Positions 9,227 to 19,600 of a DNA stretch of 64,000 bases are shown here, one piece after another (the stretch's first letter is position 1; the number at the start of each line of letters is the position of its first letter). The DNA is from a virus, in the IMG/VR virus record IMGVR_UViG_3300037067_015055. One strand, given 5' to 3'. The notes below the pieces were generated by a model. That model was not told where the DNA came from. It saw only the letters and a list, made by a program, of their open reading frames with translations, and did no database searches. A program made the position numbers and the translations under genes.

Positions 9227-11695
9227 ATGAGTGCCAATATACCTGGAGGTTCCAGCGTTGTCCCTGGAACATACTCCGAAACCAGAACTATTCAGCGTGG
9301 TGTTAGCGTACCAGTTGGTAATCGTTTAGCCGTTCTTATCGGTGAGGGTCTGAAGGAAGAGGTTCTTGTTGGGTCAGCAAATGGTAAAGGTAATGATGGA
9401 TTTGATCTTACCTACACCACAACAAACGGTTCCGATGGCCGTCATTTCCTTTTGGGGAAAGGACAGTCTGCGGTAGCTCCTGTTGTTGTTAATAGAACTC
9501 GCCTTTTTAAAAATGGAATAGAACTAAAAGTGTTCGAACATCCGGTTGCTATTGGTGATACTTTTTTCGGATATGATGCCGAAGTAGATCCGTCAACTGG
9601 GCAGATTCTGTTGCTCGGCGCTTCGTTGGTAGATCAGGGAGGCAGACAATATCTCCCATCTGCAAGTAATTCTGGAACTGGAACAATTTCCGGTTTGGCA
9701 TTGGTTGATGATAATGCTCCTCCTGAGACCTGGACTATCCGTTGCTCTAGCATTCGTCGAGATTCGGGTGGATTGCCTGTCGATGGCTATGCCAAGTTCA
9801 TTGCTCGTGGCTCGGTAAGCGGAACTATCTTGGATGGGTACGGAAATCAAATCACATGGCAATCAAATGGACAAGTTGTTTCAAATGGTGTTTTGAGCTT
9901 CTCAATTTCAGAAGGAGGCAGTCCATTTATTGAGGGAGACAATTTCATCGTTAAGGTTCAAAGCGGAACTCTTGTAAGCGGCGATTCGCTAAGTGCACGT
10001 TATATTTCCTGGCTCGACCTTAATATCCCAGAGTTCTTCTCTGATTTGAATGCTGTTATTTCCAAGCACGGTCAGCCATCTGCCACCAATCGTATTTCGT
10101 TAGGTGCTCAATTAACATGGGCTAATAGTACGCCTGGTGTCTATACCATTCAAGCCAAGCCATCAATTCCAAGGCGCGTTTCGTATTCGTTGGTCACATC
10201 TTCTGATGGCCATAATGATATTGACGATGTCACGTTCCACCTACCTCTTGGAGTGACTCCTGATGTTGATTCAAATATCAATTTCTTCGTCACTGATCCG
10301 GTTACAAAAGTAGAAACTCAAATCATTCCAAATAAGGTGCCTTTCTATCTAGAGGACCCGGCTACCTTCTTGGATACACATGTATATTCCTATACTGTGG
10401 TTGAAGATGATTCAGTACAAAAGAGTGGGACCGATGGCGTATTGGTAGATGATGGCTATTTGGTAGACGGATATTATGCCGAACTAGCAAGTGCTACTGT
10501 GGCATTTGGTCTTGAGGATGTAACAGCTACTCGTTCGGTTGTGATTTTCGATTCACTCAATGGAAATGACGGAACATATGCGGTTATTTCAATCGTCAAT
10601 GGTAAGTTGAGATTTAAGAGAGACACTTCATTTGTGGATGAAACGTCTGTTCAATTTGAGGTTACTGATTCGGCATTCTCTAGTGCACAGATTCTTTGGA
10701 CGAGAGACATGGCCCTTAGCTTAGGCAAGTCACTTCGTTGCACATTGGTTGATGCGAAGGATGCAGACTTCTTCGATGCTGGATGGACTGAGGCATATGA
10801 GGCGGCAGAAACCATCAATATCGATATGGTAGTTCCTCTACCAAGTCAAACCATCAGCGCAATCTTCCAGAACGGAAAGGTACATGTTGAGACGCAGAGC
10901 GATATTCGCAACAAGCATGAACGACTTCTGTTCGTTGGAGCTATCCAGGGATTGACTCCGGATAACGTCATCGGAAACAAGCCGGCTGCGGTTGAGAATA
11001 TTGGTGTTCTAGAAGGAATTCAAGGAGATGATCCTACTGAGATTTTAGCTGGAAATATCGAGGATTTGACCAATTACGGTGTACAGGATGCGTTCGGCGA
11101 TTCGTACCGTGTAGTATACTTCTACCCAGACCAGATTGTGGTTCAAGCTGGATCGAGCAACATCTTAGTTGACGGCTTCTTTATCGCGGCTGCTGCGGCA
11201 GGTTATTTGTCTGGAAGTACGCAAATTCAAGAGCCACTTACCAACAAGAGATTATCTGGTTTCAGCATCCTTCGCAACAAGCTATTCTCACCATTGGTTA
11301 TTGAGAATATCGTAGCCTCTGGTATCTCGTTGCTAACGCCAGTTCAGGGTGGAGGAAACGTCATTTGGGGCAAGACAACCGTATCCTCACTGGAGCCTAC
11401 GGAAGAGGAAATCAGTATCGTGTTTATTCGTGATAGAATTTCCAAGGCAATGCGTCAAGCATATGCCCCGTATATCGGGCGAGCTGAGAGCCCAACCTTC
11501 AAAGCAACGTTGTTCGCAGTTGCTCAGGCTCTGATGCAAACGTTCATACAGCAGAGGTTGATCACTACATACGGAGGTTTGACTGTAAACAGAGATTCTG
11601 TAGAGCCGAGACAGTGGAATATTACTGTTGCGGTACAGCCAGTATATCCGACTAATTGGATTTATATTTTGGTCAACGTTGGTAGATTAGATTAA
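9227..11695 (+). CDS. Contractile tail sheath protein (822 aa)
   Basis: N-terminus MSANIPGGSSVVPGTYSETRTIQRGVSVPVGNRLAVLIGEG matches the conserved sheath N-terminal pattern (pGvY.e....i..vs.s.a.iGe); C-terminal ...NITVAVQPVYPTNWIYILVNVG resembles the sheath C-terminal strand; RBS GAGGTGA; followed by tube, chaperone and tape-measure genes. Confidence 0.85.
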   Translation: MSANIPGGSSVVPGTYSETRTIQRGVSVPVGNRLAVLIGEGLKEEVLVGSANGKGNDGFDLTYTTTNGSDGRHFLLGKGQSAVAPVVVNRTRLFKNGIELKVFEHPVAIGDTFFGYDAEVDPSTGQILLLGASLVDQGGRQYLPSASNSGTGTISGLALVDDNAPPETWTIRCSSIRRDSGGLPVDGYAKFIARGSVSGTILDGYGNQITWQSNGQVVSNGVLSFSISEGGSPFIEGDNFIVKVQSGTLVSGDSLSARYISWLDLNIPEFFSDLNAVISKHGQPSATNRISLGAQLTWANSTPGVYTIQAKPSIPRRVSYSLVTSSDGHNDIDDVTFHLPLGVTPDVDSNINFFVTDPVTKVETQIIPNKVPFYLEDPATFLDTHVYSYTVVEDDSVQKSGTDGVLVDDGYLVDGYYAELASATVAFGLEDVTATRSVVIFDSLNGNDGTYAVISIVNGKLRFKRDTSFVDETSVQFEVTDSAFSSAQILWTRDMALSLGKSLRCTLVDAKDADFFDAGWTEAYEAAETINIDMVVPLPSQTISAIFQNGKVHVETQSDIRNKHERLLFVGAIQGLTPDNVIGNKPAAVENIGVLEGIQGDDPTEILAGNIEDLTNYGVQDAFGDSYRVVYFYPDQIVVQAGSSNILVDGFFIAAAAAGYLSGSTQIQEPLTNKRLSGFSILRNKLFSPLVIENIVASGISLLTPVQGGGNVIWGKTTVSSLEPTEEEISIVFIRDRISKAMRQAYAPYIGRAESPTFKATLFAVAQALMQTFIQQRLITTYGGLTVNRDSVEPRQWNITVAVQPVYPTNWIYILVNVGRLD

Positions 11696-11801
11696 AGGAT
11701 CAGTGTGCTGCGAACAGTTTAAGACCGCTTTCTTTAAAGCAAAACTTGATAGATGGCGTTAATAGAATTAGGCATAAATTGATATAGCCTTAGGAGATTT
11801 T

Positions 11802-12473
11802 ATGGTTTATCCTCATACTGGGAGCGTGTTAACAGATGCAAGTCGTAACGTCACTAGAACTGGCGTCAGCACCGAAATTATCATTCAGGTCGATGGCAAC
11901 CCGATTGGAGCTATCCAAACCATCTCGTACAAAGAAGACCGAGCAATTCATATGATTGATGAAGTAGGAACCGATGGTCACATCGATTCCGTGCCTCAGA
12001 AGTCTACGGATATTTCAGGCGATTGTACTCGTATTAGGTTTGATAACTTACGAATGGCAGCAGCTTTTTCGCGTGGATTTGTTCATGCATCTTCTCAGCG
12101 TGTTCCATTTGATATCGTTATCTTGGACATTTTTGCTGCGGATGAAAATGATGCAGATGGGTTCAATGGTTCCGACAATGTGATTACTACAGTGATAAAG
12201 AATGTTTGGATTCGTAACCTTGGAGTTACCTATACAGCTTCGGATTTCGTGATTTCTGAAACAATGAGTTGGGTAGGAGAGCATATCTACTCATATCTAG
12301 GCCAAGGTAATAACGTTGTTCCGGCTTCTAGTTCTCGTCAGCTCAATATCATTGATAATGATGCATTTGAAAGGCAGGCTGATATTGGCAAGCGCCGCGG
12401 AGCCCTTGATGCAGCTGGTTTAATTAATGTGGTGGAAAACATAGTTGGAAACGTCAATCCTGGCGAAGCATAA
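11802..12473 (+). CDS. Tail tube protein candidate (223 aa)
   Basis: Immediately downstream of sheath and upstream of chaperone/tape-measure genes; strong RBS AGGAGA; size and position typical. Confidence 0.5.
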   Translation: MVYPHTGSVLTDASRNVTRTGVSTEIIIQVDGNPIGAIQTISYKEDRAIHMIDEVGTDGHIDSVPQKSTDISGDCTRIRFDNLRMAAAFSRGFVHASSQRVPFDIVILDIFAADENDADGFNGSDNVITTVIKNVWIRNLGVTYTASDFVISETMSWVGEHIYSYLGQGNNVVPASSSRQLNIIDNDAFERQADIGKRRGALDAAGLINVVENIVGNVNPGEA

Positions 12474-12510
12474 TAGCTTTGCTGATATATATGTGCTGTA
12501 GGAGAAATCT

Positions 12511-13170
12511 ATGAATAGAATTCGCAGCACAATTGGGGAAAGTAATTTCGTAGGTCAGGGGCAGAGGCGCTTTATAGTAGGTGAGGAGACTCAAGCGCCT
12601 CCACAACCTGTCCAAGAAATTAATCCTGCTGTAGCCGCTACGCTTCGTAGACAGGCACAGGAACAGCAAGAAGTGTTTGACCAACGCAGCTTGAATGAGG
12701 CGCGTCGGAGAATCGACATCATCACAGGGCTTGGTAGAATGACCAAGGAAGTGCCTGTGGAGGTTGCTGGGGGAAAGGTTGTGTTCACGCTCAGAACTCT
12801 CAAGACGTTTGAGCAGAATTGCTTAGCAGAGGTTATTGAGCAAGCTCAAAGATTAAGTACGGTTGATGGCCGTATGCTGTTTGCCCCAACGAGTTTGGCA
12901 AAAATCAAACTAGAGGCGTTATCTCATTCGTTGTTTTTGATTGATGGGCAATCTATAGATATTGTTCTAGGAACGTCCAACGCAGACTATGAAAGCCAAG
13001 TTATAGAGCGCAAGCATTTGATTGAGGAAATGGATCATGCGCTGATCAATTATCTATTTACCAACTATGAGACCCTCACTCAAGAGACCTATGATGGATA
13101 TGCTCCGAAGACCGTCGAAGAGGTTAAGGAGGTGGTGGAAACAATCTCCAAAAGTGGTGAGAACGGCTGA
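12511..13170 (+). CDS. Tail assembly chaperone (gpG-like), upstream ORF of a probable frameshift pair
   Basis: Position between tube and tape measure; 3' end overlaps an RBS-less ORF that ends exactly at the tape-measure start. Confidence 0.5.
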   Translation: MNRIRSTIGESNFVGQGQRRFIVGEETQAPPQPVQEINPAVAATLRRQAQEQQEVFDQRSLNEARRRIDIITGLGRMTKEVPVEVAGGKVVFTLRTLKTFEQNCLAEVIEQAQRLSTVDGRMLFAPTSLAKIKLEALSHSLFLIDGQSIDIVLGTSNADYESQVIERKHLIEEMDHALINYLFTNYETLTQETYDGYAPKTVEEVKEVVETISKSGENG

Positions 13171-13495
13171 GGGTCAGTTCATTCGACATCTCATGAAAAC
13201 ATTTGGCAAATTGCCAGATGATCCGTTCTATGAGAATATTAACGCATACCTAAAGGTATGGCTGTATGAAAGTTGGCTTCACGATCAAGAGCTAGAGGCT
13301 CAGAAGCTTAGAAACCAGGCTATTCTTATTGGATCTTTCTCCAATCTCGAAATGGCTCAAAGAATGATCCGAGACGAACATCCGAATGTGAAGGCTACAG
13401 ATCTTGATGAAACAAGCAAGAAGGTTCGCGAGAGAATTCTGGAGGCAGATAGAGTTGGTAAGAAGAGGCGCAAGAAACGCAAGGTGGTTAGCTAA
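13046..13495 (+). CDS. Frameshift extension ORF (gpGT-like) in the +1 (or -2) frame relative to 12511..13170; open from 13046, first ATG 13067, no Shine-Dalgarno; very basic termini
   Basis: About 125-nt overlap with upstream chaperone ORF; no RBS ahead of ATG 13067; ends TAATG overlapping tape-measure start; conserved tube-G/GT-TMP synteny of long-tailed phages. Confidence 0.4.
   Translation, partial: SIIYLPTMRPSLKRPMMDMLRRPSKRLRRWWKQSPKVVRTAEGQFIRHLMKTFGKLPDDPFYENINAYLKVWLYESWLHDQELEAQKLRNQAILIGSFSNLEMAQRMIRDEHPNVKATDLDETSKKVRERILEADRVGKKRRKKRKVVS
13148..13154 (+). other. Candidate recoding site CC-AAA-AGU (A4 run) in the chaperone overlap where a +1 slip of tRNA-Lys would join the two frames (gives ...SPKVVRTAEGQ...)
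   Basis: Manual codon walk of both frames; speculative. Confidence 0.15.
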
Positions 13496-15702
13496 TGGCT
13501 GATGAAATCATTGATCTGGAAAAGATAGAGGCCGTTTTAGAGAAGCTTGGTAGCGGCATCCAAGAAAAGTTACAGCCATATATTGAAAAGTTGAAGGAGG
13601 CCCACCTTACCACCTTAAACTTATCAGATGTTACTAAAGTACTTGGAGATGATGTTAGTAAAGCTCTAACAACTGCCCTTGATTCAATTAAGGGTTACGC
13701 ATCTATTTTTGGTGGGTTTGTAAAAGAGGCTGAGGAAGCAACTAATACTGTAAAAAACTTTGTTTCCGATTCAATCAATTCCATGGATCAAATCATGAAA
13801 AAGCATGGTTTGGTTGGGACTGACGTTGCCATAGCTTTTGAGCCAGCGATTGGTTTGATTGATAAAAGCATCACCGGAATGGGAAAATTAGGTGATGCCG
13901 GATATGAAGCTGGCTCCAAAATTTCAACTGGATTTAGTGCAGTTAAGCCTTTATTGGAGCGCGTATTTGATGGTAGCGGCGCTGCGATGAAGATGTTCTC
14001 AGCTATGAGTGAGGGAGCCTCTAATGCCGTTGGATTGCAAAGAGAATTACTTGGAGTTTCCATAGCTCAAGGTAGGGCTGCGGATGTGACCGATACAGCT
14101 TCTAATAGCTTCAAGAATATGCGTGAAGCATACAGAAACAATACGATTGCTGCATTTGAAACAGCACGCGCTACTGGCCAAACAGTTGGGGCTGTAATGG
14201 ATCTTGAAAGATCTGTAAAGCTAATCCCTAACGCTTGGGGAGATAAGGAAAATCTTGTTAAGATATCTCAACTAGCTACTGCTGGAATGAGAGAGGAGAC
14301 TGAGGTTGGTAAGCAATTGAGCGTTATGTACACGCGCCTTGGGACCTCTATAGAAGATTCTATTAAGAACCTTGCATACATACAGGACCAGGGTCGCAAT
14401 TCAAAATTGCAAATGGAGTCATTCAATGACACCGTAATGACTATCGCTGGCAGCTTCAAAATGTTGGGAGATAATACAGCGGCAACTACCAATTTTGTAA
14501 AGTCGTTTGATACTGCGTTTAGGGATAGTAACATTAGCCCAGAGGCGATGAAGCAAGTTATTGTTGGTATTGGCGAAGGCGTTCAGAAAATGGATGTCGC
14601 AAAACGAGCCTTTATTTCAGGAACTACTGGTGGTCCTGGTGGCTTGGCTGGGGCAATTCAAATGGACTATGCCATCCAGGAAGGACATGCAGATCAGGTT
14701 GTTAGAAAGACGATGTTGGCAATGCAAAGTCAATTCGGGGGTCAAGTTGTTACTCTAAAAGACGCTGCACAAAACCCAGCTCTGGCTGGTGAACTGTATA
14801 AGCAGGTTCAATATCTAACACAAGTAGCTGGCATAGCTAAAGATGATAAAGAAGCTTATAGAGTTTTGGAGGCCATGAAAAGTGGTGTTACTGATATTCT
14901 GAAGCCTGGAGCCGGAGAAGATGAGAAAGGTAATGCTCTAACGAGACAATTGGGAATGGGGCGTACCGAGCAGGAAAAAACCAATACAACTTTGATGCGC
15001 ATTCATCAAACCATGGAAGCTACCAAATTGAGGCAGGATGATATTTACCAGGTGATGCTAATCCAAGACCCAACTATTATGAAGAAGGTTGAGAAAATGG
15101 CTTCTAATATGGGCATCAATGTGGATTCCCTAACCAAAACTCAGGCGGAGCAGGCGTCGAGTAGTTATAATGTTCTTGGAACAACAGATCGGCAGGCTGA
15201 ACAAGAAAATAAAACTTGGTCGCATGCAAGAATGTATGGGAGTCTAAATCCAACTGAGGGCGTAGGTAAAATGCTTACTACTGCTGGAGGTAGTATTGGA
15301 ACCGCTATGCATAGGCTTACAAAAAATGAGTCACAAGATCTTGGGTCTAGTGCAAATGTTCCGTTGACAACCGGGGCTCATCGGGAAGGCCAGTATAATA
15401 TTCAACCAATGCATCGGCCACCACCTGGCCACGAAGCTGGAATTTCCACTGTAGCACATGGAGTCAAACCTAATTTAGGAATTCCAGATCTTCCGCCGTT
15501 ACAACTTCCGACAGCTAAGGGTAGTGGTGATGATGTTGCAACCGGAGATCTTCCTCCATTGAATATTACTCATTCATTTGAACCAATACAGATAGACATC
15601 ACTGGTCTTGGAGATAAAAAACTCACTAGATTTGTAGATGCTAGGGTTGAAAGTTTGAGATCTGAAGAAAGGGGCGGGGCGGCACACGGAGGGCTTAGAT
15701 AA
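13495..15702 (+). CDS. Tail tape measure protein candidate (735 aa)
   Basis: Immediately follows chaperone pair with TAATG overlap; long, low-complexity, probably helical protein. Confidence 0.55.
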   Translation: MADEIIDLEKIEAVLEKLGSGIQEKLQPYIEKLKEAHLTTLNLSDVTKVLGDDVSKALTTALDSIKGYASIFGGFVKEAEEATNTVKNFVSDSINSMDQIMKKHGLVGTDVAIAFEPAIGLIDKSITGMGKLGDAGYEAGSKISTGFSAVKPLLERVFDGSGAAMKMFSAMSEGASNAVGLQRELLGVSIAQGRAADVTDTASNSFKNMREAYRNNTIAAFETARATGQTVGAVMDLERSVKLIPNAWGDKENLVKISQLATAGMREETEVGKQLSVMYTRLGTSIEDSIKNLAYIQDQGRNSKLQMESFNDTVMTIAGSFKMLGDNTAATTNFVKSFDTAFRDSNISPEAMKQVIVGIGEGVQKMDVAKRAFISGTTGGPGGLAGAIQMDYAIQEGHADQVVRKTMLAMQSQFGGQVVTLKDAAQNPALAGELYKQVQYLTQVAGIAKDDKEAYRVLEAMKSGVTDILKPGAGEDEKGNALTRQLGMGRTEQEKTNTTLMRIHQTMEATKLRQDDIYQVMLIQDPTIMKKVEKMASNMGINVDSLTKTQAEQASSSYNVLGTTDRQAEQENKTWSHARMYGSLNPTEGVGKMLTTAGGSIGTAMHRLTKNESQDLGSSANVPLTTGAHREGQYNIQPMHRPPPGHEAGISTVAHGVKPNLGIPDLPPLQLPTAKGSGDDVATGDLPPLNITHSFEPIQIDITGLGDKKLTRFVDARVESLRSEERGGAAHGGLR

Positions 15703-16661
15703 TGTCATTACTAGATTCAATTACAGACCTAGCTGATCAGTCCTTTCATACGGCTCAAGGGGCTGTGAACGGAAGCTTGGCAGATCCTCCTGGCTTTTCA
15801 AGCTTGGCACCATTACCTCCATCTAGCGGAAATCAACTCCGTCAAAACCAAGTTCCAAACTATCGTCTTGCCAACTCTGTTCGAAATATGGTGCGCTGGT
15901 TCTTGCCAGAGCTTGGTGTGGTGGAAATGTATGTAAACCCCCAGAGTATCAAATACACCGATACTAAGCACATTGGAGCGCCAGTTAGAACTCGCGGTGG
16001 TTACATGGTTCAATATTGGGGAGAGGAGCTTGGCAAGGTTTCCATTAGCGGGACCACTGGATCTTCGGGTGTAGAGGGTATCAATGTTATTTATGATATC
16101 TACAGGAACGAACAAGTGGCGCTTGATCCAATTGCTCTAGCGGTAGACGCTGCAAGGGATCAGGCAGCAACCCAGTCAATGAATCCTTTACAGTCGATAG
16201 ACATTCTTGGAGGTGTTACAAAAGCAATTGGTGTTGGTGTTAATTCTTTGTTTGATCAAGTGAATAATGTTATCAAAACAGGAAATGTTGATCCTTTAAC
16301 CCCAAAACCAACATTGGCTTCGATTGCCTTTCAAACCGAACTATATTGGTCAGGTTGGGTATTCCGTGGATACTTCACTTCAATGTTCGTAAACGAATCT
16401 GCGGATAAGCTTGGTCAGTTTGATTACGGATTGGAGTTTACGGTTACTCAGAAGCGCGGTCTTCGTTTGAACTTCATGCCATGGCATCGCAGTGCGGTTA
16501 ATGGCCCATCTAATTCAGATCCATCATTTGGCGCTCCGTATTCTTTCTCTACTTTAAAAGATCCATATCCGAAGAGGGCGATAAGCGTTGAGCAGCAATC
16601 AATTTTTACTACTACGCTACGTTCTTTAGACCGGGCTTTACAGAGTTCTCGCCCACTGTGA
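15702..16661 (+). CDS. Hypothetical tail/baseplate protein (319 aa), start overlaps tape-measure stop
   Basis: ATGA-type overlap; position between tape measure and hub. Confidence 0.3.
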   Translation: MSLLDSITDLADQSFHTAQGAVNGSLADPPGFSSLAPLPPSSGNQLRQNQVPNYRLANSVRNMVRWFLPELGVVEMYVNPQSIKYTDTKHIGAPVRTRGGYMVQYWGEELGKVSISGTTGSSGVEGINVIYDIYRNEQVALDPIALAVDAARDQAATQSMNPLQSIDILGGVTKAIGVGVNSLFDQVNNVIKTGNVDPLTPKPTLASIAFQTELYWSGWVFRGYFTSMFVNESADKLGQFDYGLEFTVTQKRGLRLNFMPWHRSAVNGPSNSDPSFGAPYSFSTLKDPYPKRAISVEQQSIFTTTLRSLDRALQSSRPL

Positions 16662-16674
16662 TATATGGCAAATT

Positions 16675-19600
16675 ATGAGTTTTTTATCTTCTCTTGGCGG
16701 TATTCTCAATGATCAGTTTGGGATTGGTGAAAATACCTCGCATTCACTAGGCACAGCTGACGGTGGTGCATACGCTCGTTTGGGGGATTATGCCGACAAG
16801 TTCGATCAGACAGCTGAGCGTAATTATATAGAAGATGGTTTCATTAGAGATATTAGACCACGTAAAAGATCTATATTATTTCAGCAACCAGACTTCTATG
16901 TAGTAATTAAGAAGAGAATGTTTTCAACTCTGGTTGATAATGCAAAGCTAGATGTATTAGAGGAGAAAGAAAAGACTCTAATCAAAGCTACGAAGAGACT
17001 ATTTCAGAACAAGTGCCGCATTTTAGCTGCATATGAAAAACTAACAAAGATTGAACAGCTAACTGTTGAGTCTGGAAGGTTCAACACTATCTTAGGCCCA
17101 GAGTTATTAAATTTGATAGATCTTGGTAATGAATCCGGGTTATTCACAGCTTTAGGTGCTGGAGGGTTGAGTCCAGCTACCAAGTCAGCTATTGATACGC
17201 TGAGGAAGGTTATTTCGTATTCGGAACCTGGGGCATACAGCAATTGGACCACGAATGATTACGATGCTGTATTTGGCAAGGATGTTGGAGAGGGACCTGG
17301 TACTTTTGAGCTAACCAATATCGCATCCGTCAGAACTACCGTTTCCACCGAGTGGGGCGGTGGATCTGCAACCGTCACATTGGAAGACCCATACAATCTT
17401 CTAACCATTCGTGAATCTGATATTGATCAAGCGCTTACGGATGTCGCCAACCCAATGAGAACCGGAAGCTACTACAAGTTTGTAGAAACAGAACTTCAGA
17501 AAACCATTGATAAATTCAAGACAGATCTTTCAATAGAGAGAAGTCTGCGTGGTGCAAGCCAGATTACGTTCAAGCTAAGTCCTGGTACGGTATTGTCGAA
17601 TCGGGTGCGAGCGATATTAGATGACGAAGGTCGGGAGATTTTGTTTACATATTCCACTGGAGTGAATAACTTCTTATCATCCATTGGTAACTCAAAGAAT
17701 ATTAGCCAGGTGTTTTCATCAGTTTCCAATGTGTTCTCTACAGGAAGCGTGAGCATTGAACCGCAATTCTTAGCAGGTAACCCAAGTGGAAATATTGGCG
17801 AGAACAATCAACTAACGCAATCCGAGCAAAAGAAGTTCAACCAAATCATTTCTGATATTTTCACGATGCTTGCTCAACATGAGACTTCGCAACGAGAAAT
17901 GAAGAGACGTACGTTGGACGTCAACTATGCGCGAAACCGGATGCGCCTGTTTTTCAATGGCAAGTATATCGTCCAGCCAATGGATACGATTTCGATTTGG
18001 ATGACCTCCCGTACCGGCGAAGATATGCGGATGCCTGGAGGATTTCAGAAGCAAAATAATGAGCTTGGTCTGGGCTTGGTGCAGAAATTCGATACTATCA
18101 TCAAGAACATCAATGGAGCCATAAACTCACTTACAGCCAAGCCAAATCAATCTTACGATGATCTTGAGAGATTGAGTGTTGTAGGCCCAGATATGCCAAG
18201 CTGGCTATGGCGCATGTTCAGGCAGGATATTACGGGGCAGCCAACCGGGCCATGTATCTTTTCCGGAATTGTAGGAAAGGGAAACCAGGGCGTGAGCGGT
18301 GAGTGGGGAGATGGCAAGTGGACAATCAGCTTTACTTGCGAAGACCATACTGGGTATTTCAGTAAGAGTATGGTGAACTTCAAGCCATCCTCTGATGTAT
18401 TCAACGCCTCCATCTACGATCCTCTAACTCCATTTGATGTGAGTTTTGATGCGGCAACAGGTGCGGCAATTACAGACCCTAACAGTGGCGGTATCCCTCC
18501 ACTACTGCCAGAGAATCAACGCTTGTTGGATAGCGGAATGTTGATTTTCCGTAGTGGACCGAACAAGGGAACTCCGGCAACTTCTGGTTTGTATACTCAT
18601 GCTCCGCGTGAAATTTCGTTTGATACTTGGAGGAAAGTCCTACACGATCCTCCGGGCCTCGTCTATCGATGGAAGCAAGGAATTCAATCGCTGACGTTTA
18701 CACAGCGGCCAAATTCTCAAACCAATACCGATCATGAAAGGGCGGTACTACTAACAGCAAAGCCATTCGCTGGTCAAGATGTCATGAATGTCATTTCTCT
18801 TTTGATTACTGGCATGCCTTACAACTACAGTACGTTCTTGAGAGCGGCTATCGAAAACGGAAATTCGCTAGGGGTTAGGGATGGGTTGAACAACATTCCG
18901 GCTGCATCGACATATATTCAAGGATTGCTGGCGGAAATTGATCGAAACAATCTCATTTGGGGAAACTTTACTCCTCACAAGCAGTTGGTAGTCAATCAGT
19001 CAGCGGAGCAATTTATTGCGCAGCAACGTCTGGAAGTTGTGACGCAAAACTCCAAATTGAATCAGCTACTAAACGAACTTGCTAGAACACAAGATCAATT
19101 AGCTCTCTCGCAAAAGGATGATGTGGTTCAAGGGGTAACCAATCACTCTACGGTTCAAGACGTCGTCTACTCAACTAAAATAAAATCTCTACAAGATCAA
19201 ATAAGTACAGAGCAGAAAAACTTTATGCAGCTTACAGACCCGCTGCTCAGCAACCCAGATATTGGATTGACGATTATTGGTAATGATGTAAATACAGATG
19301 CCTCTGTTACGGATAGTAATTCTGGCACCAATTTAAATCAACAGCAAAGAGATGATTTGCAATTGAGGCAGAGATTGTTCGCTATGACTGCGCGCCGATA
19401 CTGGCAGGTTCGCGCCAATCAAGATCGGAATCTATTCATTGTAGATGACCAATACGATAAGAATTTCGATATCATGGCGTTCGAGAGAAAGATTGGTAAC
19501 TCTATTGAGATTTTTAATAGTCAGTATTCTAATATCGGGGAGCAGATTTCACAGGTAAAGAAACTTTTGAGTCTTGAGTGTTTTGCGAATACCCAGGGGC

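Noticed and set aside
11696-11801. Possible terminator after the sheath gene (ctttaaag palindrome)
   Set aside because: The stem is only 8 AT-rich bp with no convincing GC clamp or U-tract, so it was not called.
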